Part shown: positions 28,553 to 29,693 of the stretch, piece by piece
Numbering within the stretch: the first letter of the stretch is position 1
Layout of the letters: every line of letters begins with the position of its first letter
NCBI GenBank assembly: GCA_035688885.1
Contig: DASSMN010000074.1
Span: forward strand, 1 to 29,693
DNA: 29,693 nucleotides
Direction of reading: 5' to 3'
Source of the DNA: Gemmatimonadales bacterium
GTDB taxonomy: Bacteria > Gemmatimonadota > Gemmatimonadetes > Gemmatimonadales > GWC2-71-9
Made by a program: the position numbers and the translations under genes
The notes under the pieces: generated by a model
Told to the model about the DNA's origin: nothing
Databases searched by the model: none
Seen by the model: only the letters and a program-made list of their open reading frames with translations

Positions 28553-29693
28553 TCACTCCGGCTCCTCTCTCCCCGAGAGATTGTCAAACCGGGTGTACTC
28601 CCGCACGAAGCGGAGCTGCACGTCGCCGGTGGGGCCGTTGCGGTTCTTGGCGAGCATGACCTCGGCGAGCCCGCGCTTGGACTCGTCCTCCCGATCGTAA
28701 TACTCCGGGCGGTGGATGAAGATCACGAGGTCGGCGTCCTGCTCGATGGCGCCGGAATCGCGCAGGTCGGAGAGAATGGGCTTGCGCTCGCCGCCGCGCT
28801 GCTCCGAGGCGCGCGAGAGCTGCGACAGCGCGATGACCGGGATCTCGAGCTCACGGGCCAGCGCCTTGAGCGAGCGGGAGATGTCGGAGATTTCCTGGAC
28901 CCGGTTCTCGGCGTACTCGGGGCTCCGCATGAGCTGCAGGTAGTCCACAATGACCAGCCGCAGATCGTTGTCGATCTTGAGCCGCCGCGCCTTGGACCGC
29001 ATTTCCAGCAGCGTGAGCGACGGCGTGTCGTCGATCCAGAGCTGGTAGGTTTGCAGGATGCCGGCCGCCCGCGCGAGCTGGGTGAAGTCCGAGTCTCGGA
29101 GCGAGCCCTGCCGCACCCGGTGACTGTCCACCCGCGCGGTGGCCGTGAGCATGCGCTGGACCAGCGACTCCTTGGACATTTCCAGCGAGAAGATGGCGAC
29201 GCCCTGCCCCTCGCTGGCGGCGTGCGCGGCGATGTTGAGACAGAACGCCGTTTTGCCCATTGAGGGCCGAGCCGCCACCACCACCAGCTCCGACGCTTGG
29301 AAGCCCGACGTCAGCGAATCCAAGTCTACGAACCCGCTGGGCACCCCGGTAATCGCTTTGCCGCTCCGCTGGAGCGTTTCGATGCGCTCCATCGTGGGCC
29401 ACAGCATCTCCTTGAGGCGGGTAAATCCGTCGTTCCCGCGCTGCTGGGAGATGGTGAAGATCCGCGACTCGGCGACGTCGAGCAGGTCGACCGCCGTGGA
29501 GTGGCCGTCGTAGGCTTCGGTGATGATCGAGGTGCCGGCTTCGATCAGCCGGCGGAGGATGGCCTTGTCGCGGACGATCTTGGCGTGGAACTCGAGGTTG
29601 GCCGCGGTCGGCACCGCGTCCACCAGCTCGGCCAGATATTCCAGCCCGCCGGCCGCCTCGAGGTCGCCCCGGCGGAGCAGCTCGTCGCGGAGG
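28553..29693 (-). CDS. dnaB: Replicative DNA helicase, 5'-truncated by the window edge
   Basis: Frame open to the window end (LRDELLRRGDLEAAGGLEYLAELVDAVPTAAN); AARPSMGKT, DYLQLM, LSQLSR, DLRDSGAIEQDAD, KNRNGPTG; no intein in the visible part. Confidence 0.97.
   Translation of the reverse strand, partial: LRDELLRRGDLEAAGGLEYLAELVDAVPTAANLEFHAKIVRDKAILRRLIEAGTSIITEAYDGHSTAVDLLDVAESRIFTISQQRGNDGFTRLKEMLWPTMERIETLQRSGKAITGVPSGFVDLDSLTSGFQASELVVVAARPSMGKTAFCLNIAAHAASEGQGVAIFSLEMSKESLVQRMLTATARVDSHRVRQGSLRDSDFTQLARAAGILQTYQLWIDDTPSLTLLEMRSKARRLKIDNDLRLVIVDYLQLMRSPEYAENRVQEISDISRSLKALARELEIPVIALSQLSRASEQRGGERKPILSDLRDSGAIEQDADLVIFIHRPEYYDREDESKRGLAEVMLAKNRNGPTGDVQLRFVREYTRFDNLSGREEPE

Overview
A very GC-rich bacterial chromosomal segment of mostly housekeeping genes, probably Gemmatimonadota (inferred from the kinase-TM-TPR protein style and overall gene content; not proven). 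All genes but one (pgm) lie on the minus strand. In transcription order: dnaB (5'-truncated), radA, ispD, tsaC, a YwlE-like low-molecular-weight phosphatase, aroE, comF-like, gap, pgk, tpiA; then a ~10.5 kb accessory block (Ser/Thr kinase-TM-TPR, ArgE-like M20 hydrolase, hutF, atypical Fpg/Nei, ACS-family MFS transporter, pgm on the + strand, PP2C phosphatase) that separates tpiA from secG; then secG, carA, HU, moaD, moaE, moaA, trmL, mdh, sdhCAB, a His-motif outer-membrane protein and a lipoprotein that runs off the window. I found no rRNA, tRNA, CRISPR array, integrase or transposase. Main leads: (1) an ArgE-like deacylase coupled to hutF, a candidate non-orthologous N-formylglutamate deformylase; (2) three intact genes with no usable ATG/GTG/TTG, where the best starts are CTG, CTG and ATC; (3) a 9-codon ORF overlapping both the secG stop and the carA start; (4) two leaderless-type -10 boxes and three sigma70-like promoters, two of them overlapping the upstream gene; (5) an MFS transporter and an Fpg/Nei protein with key residues replaced; (6) a repeat-rich inverted-repeat element between dnaB and radA. 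Starts were re-called by hand, and several differ from the supplied ORF track.
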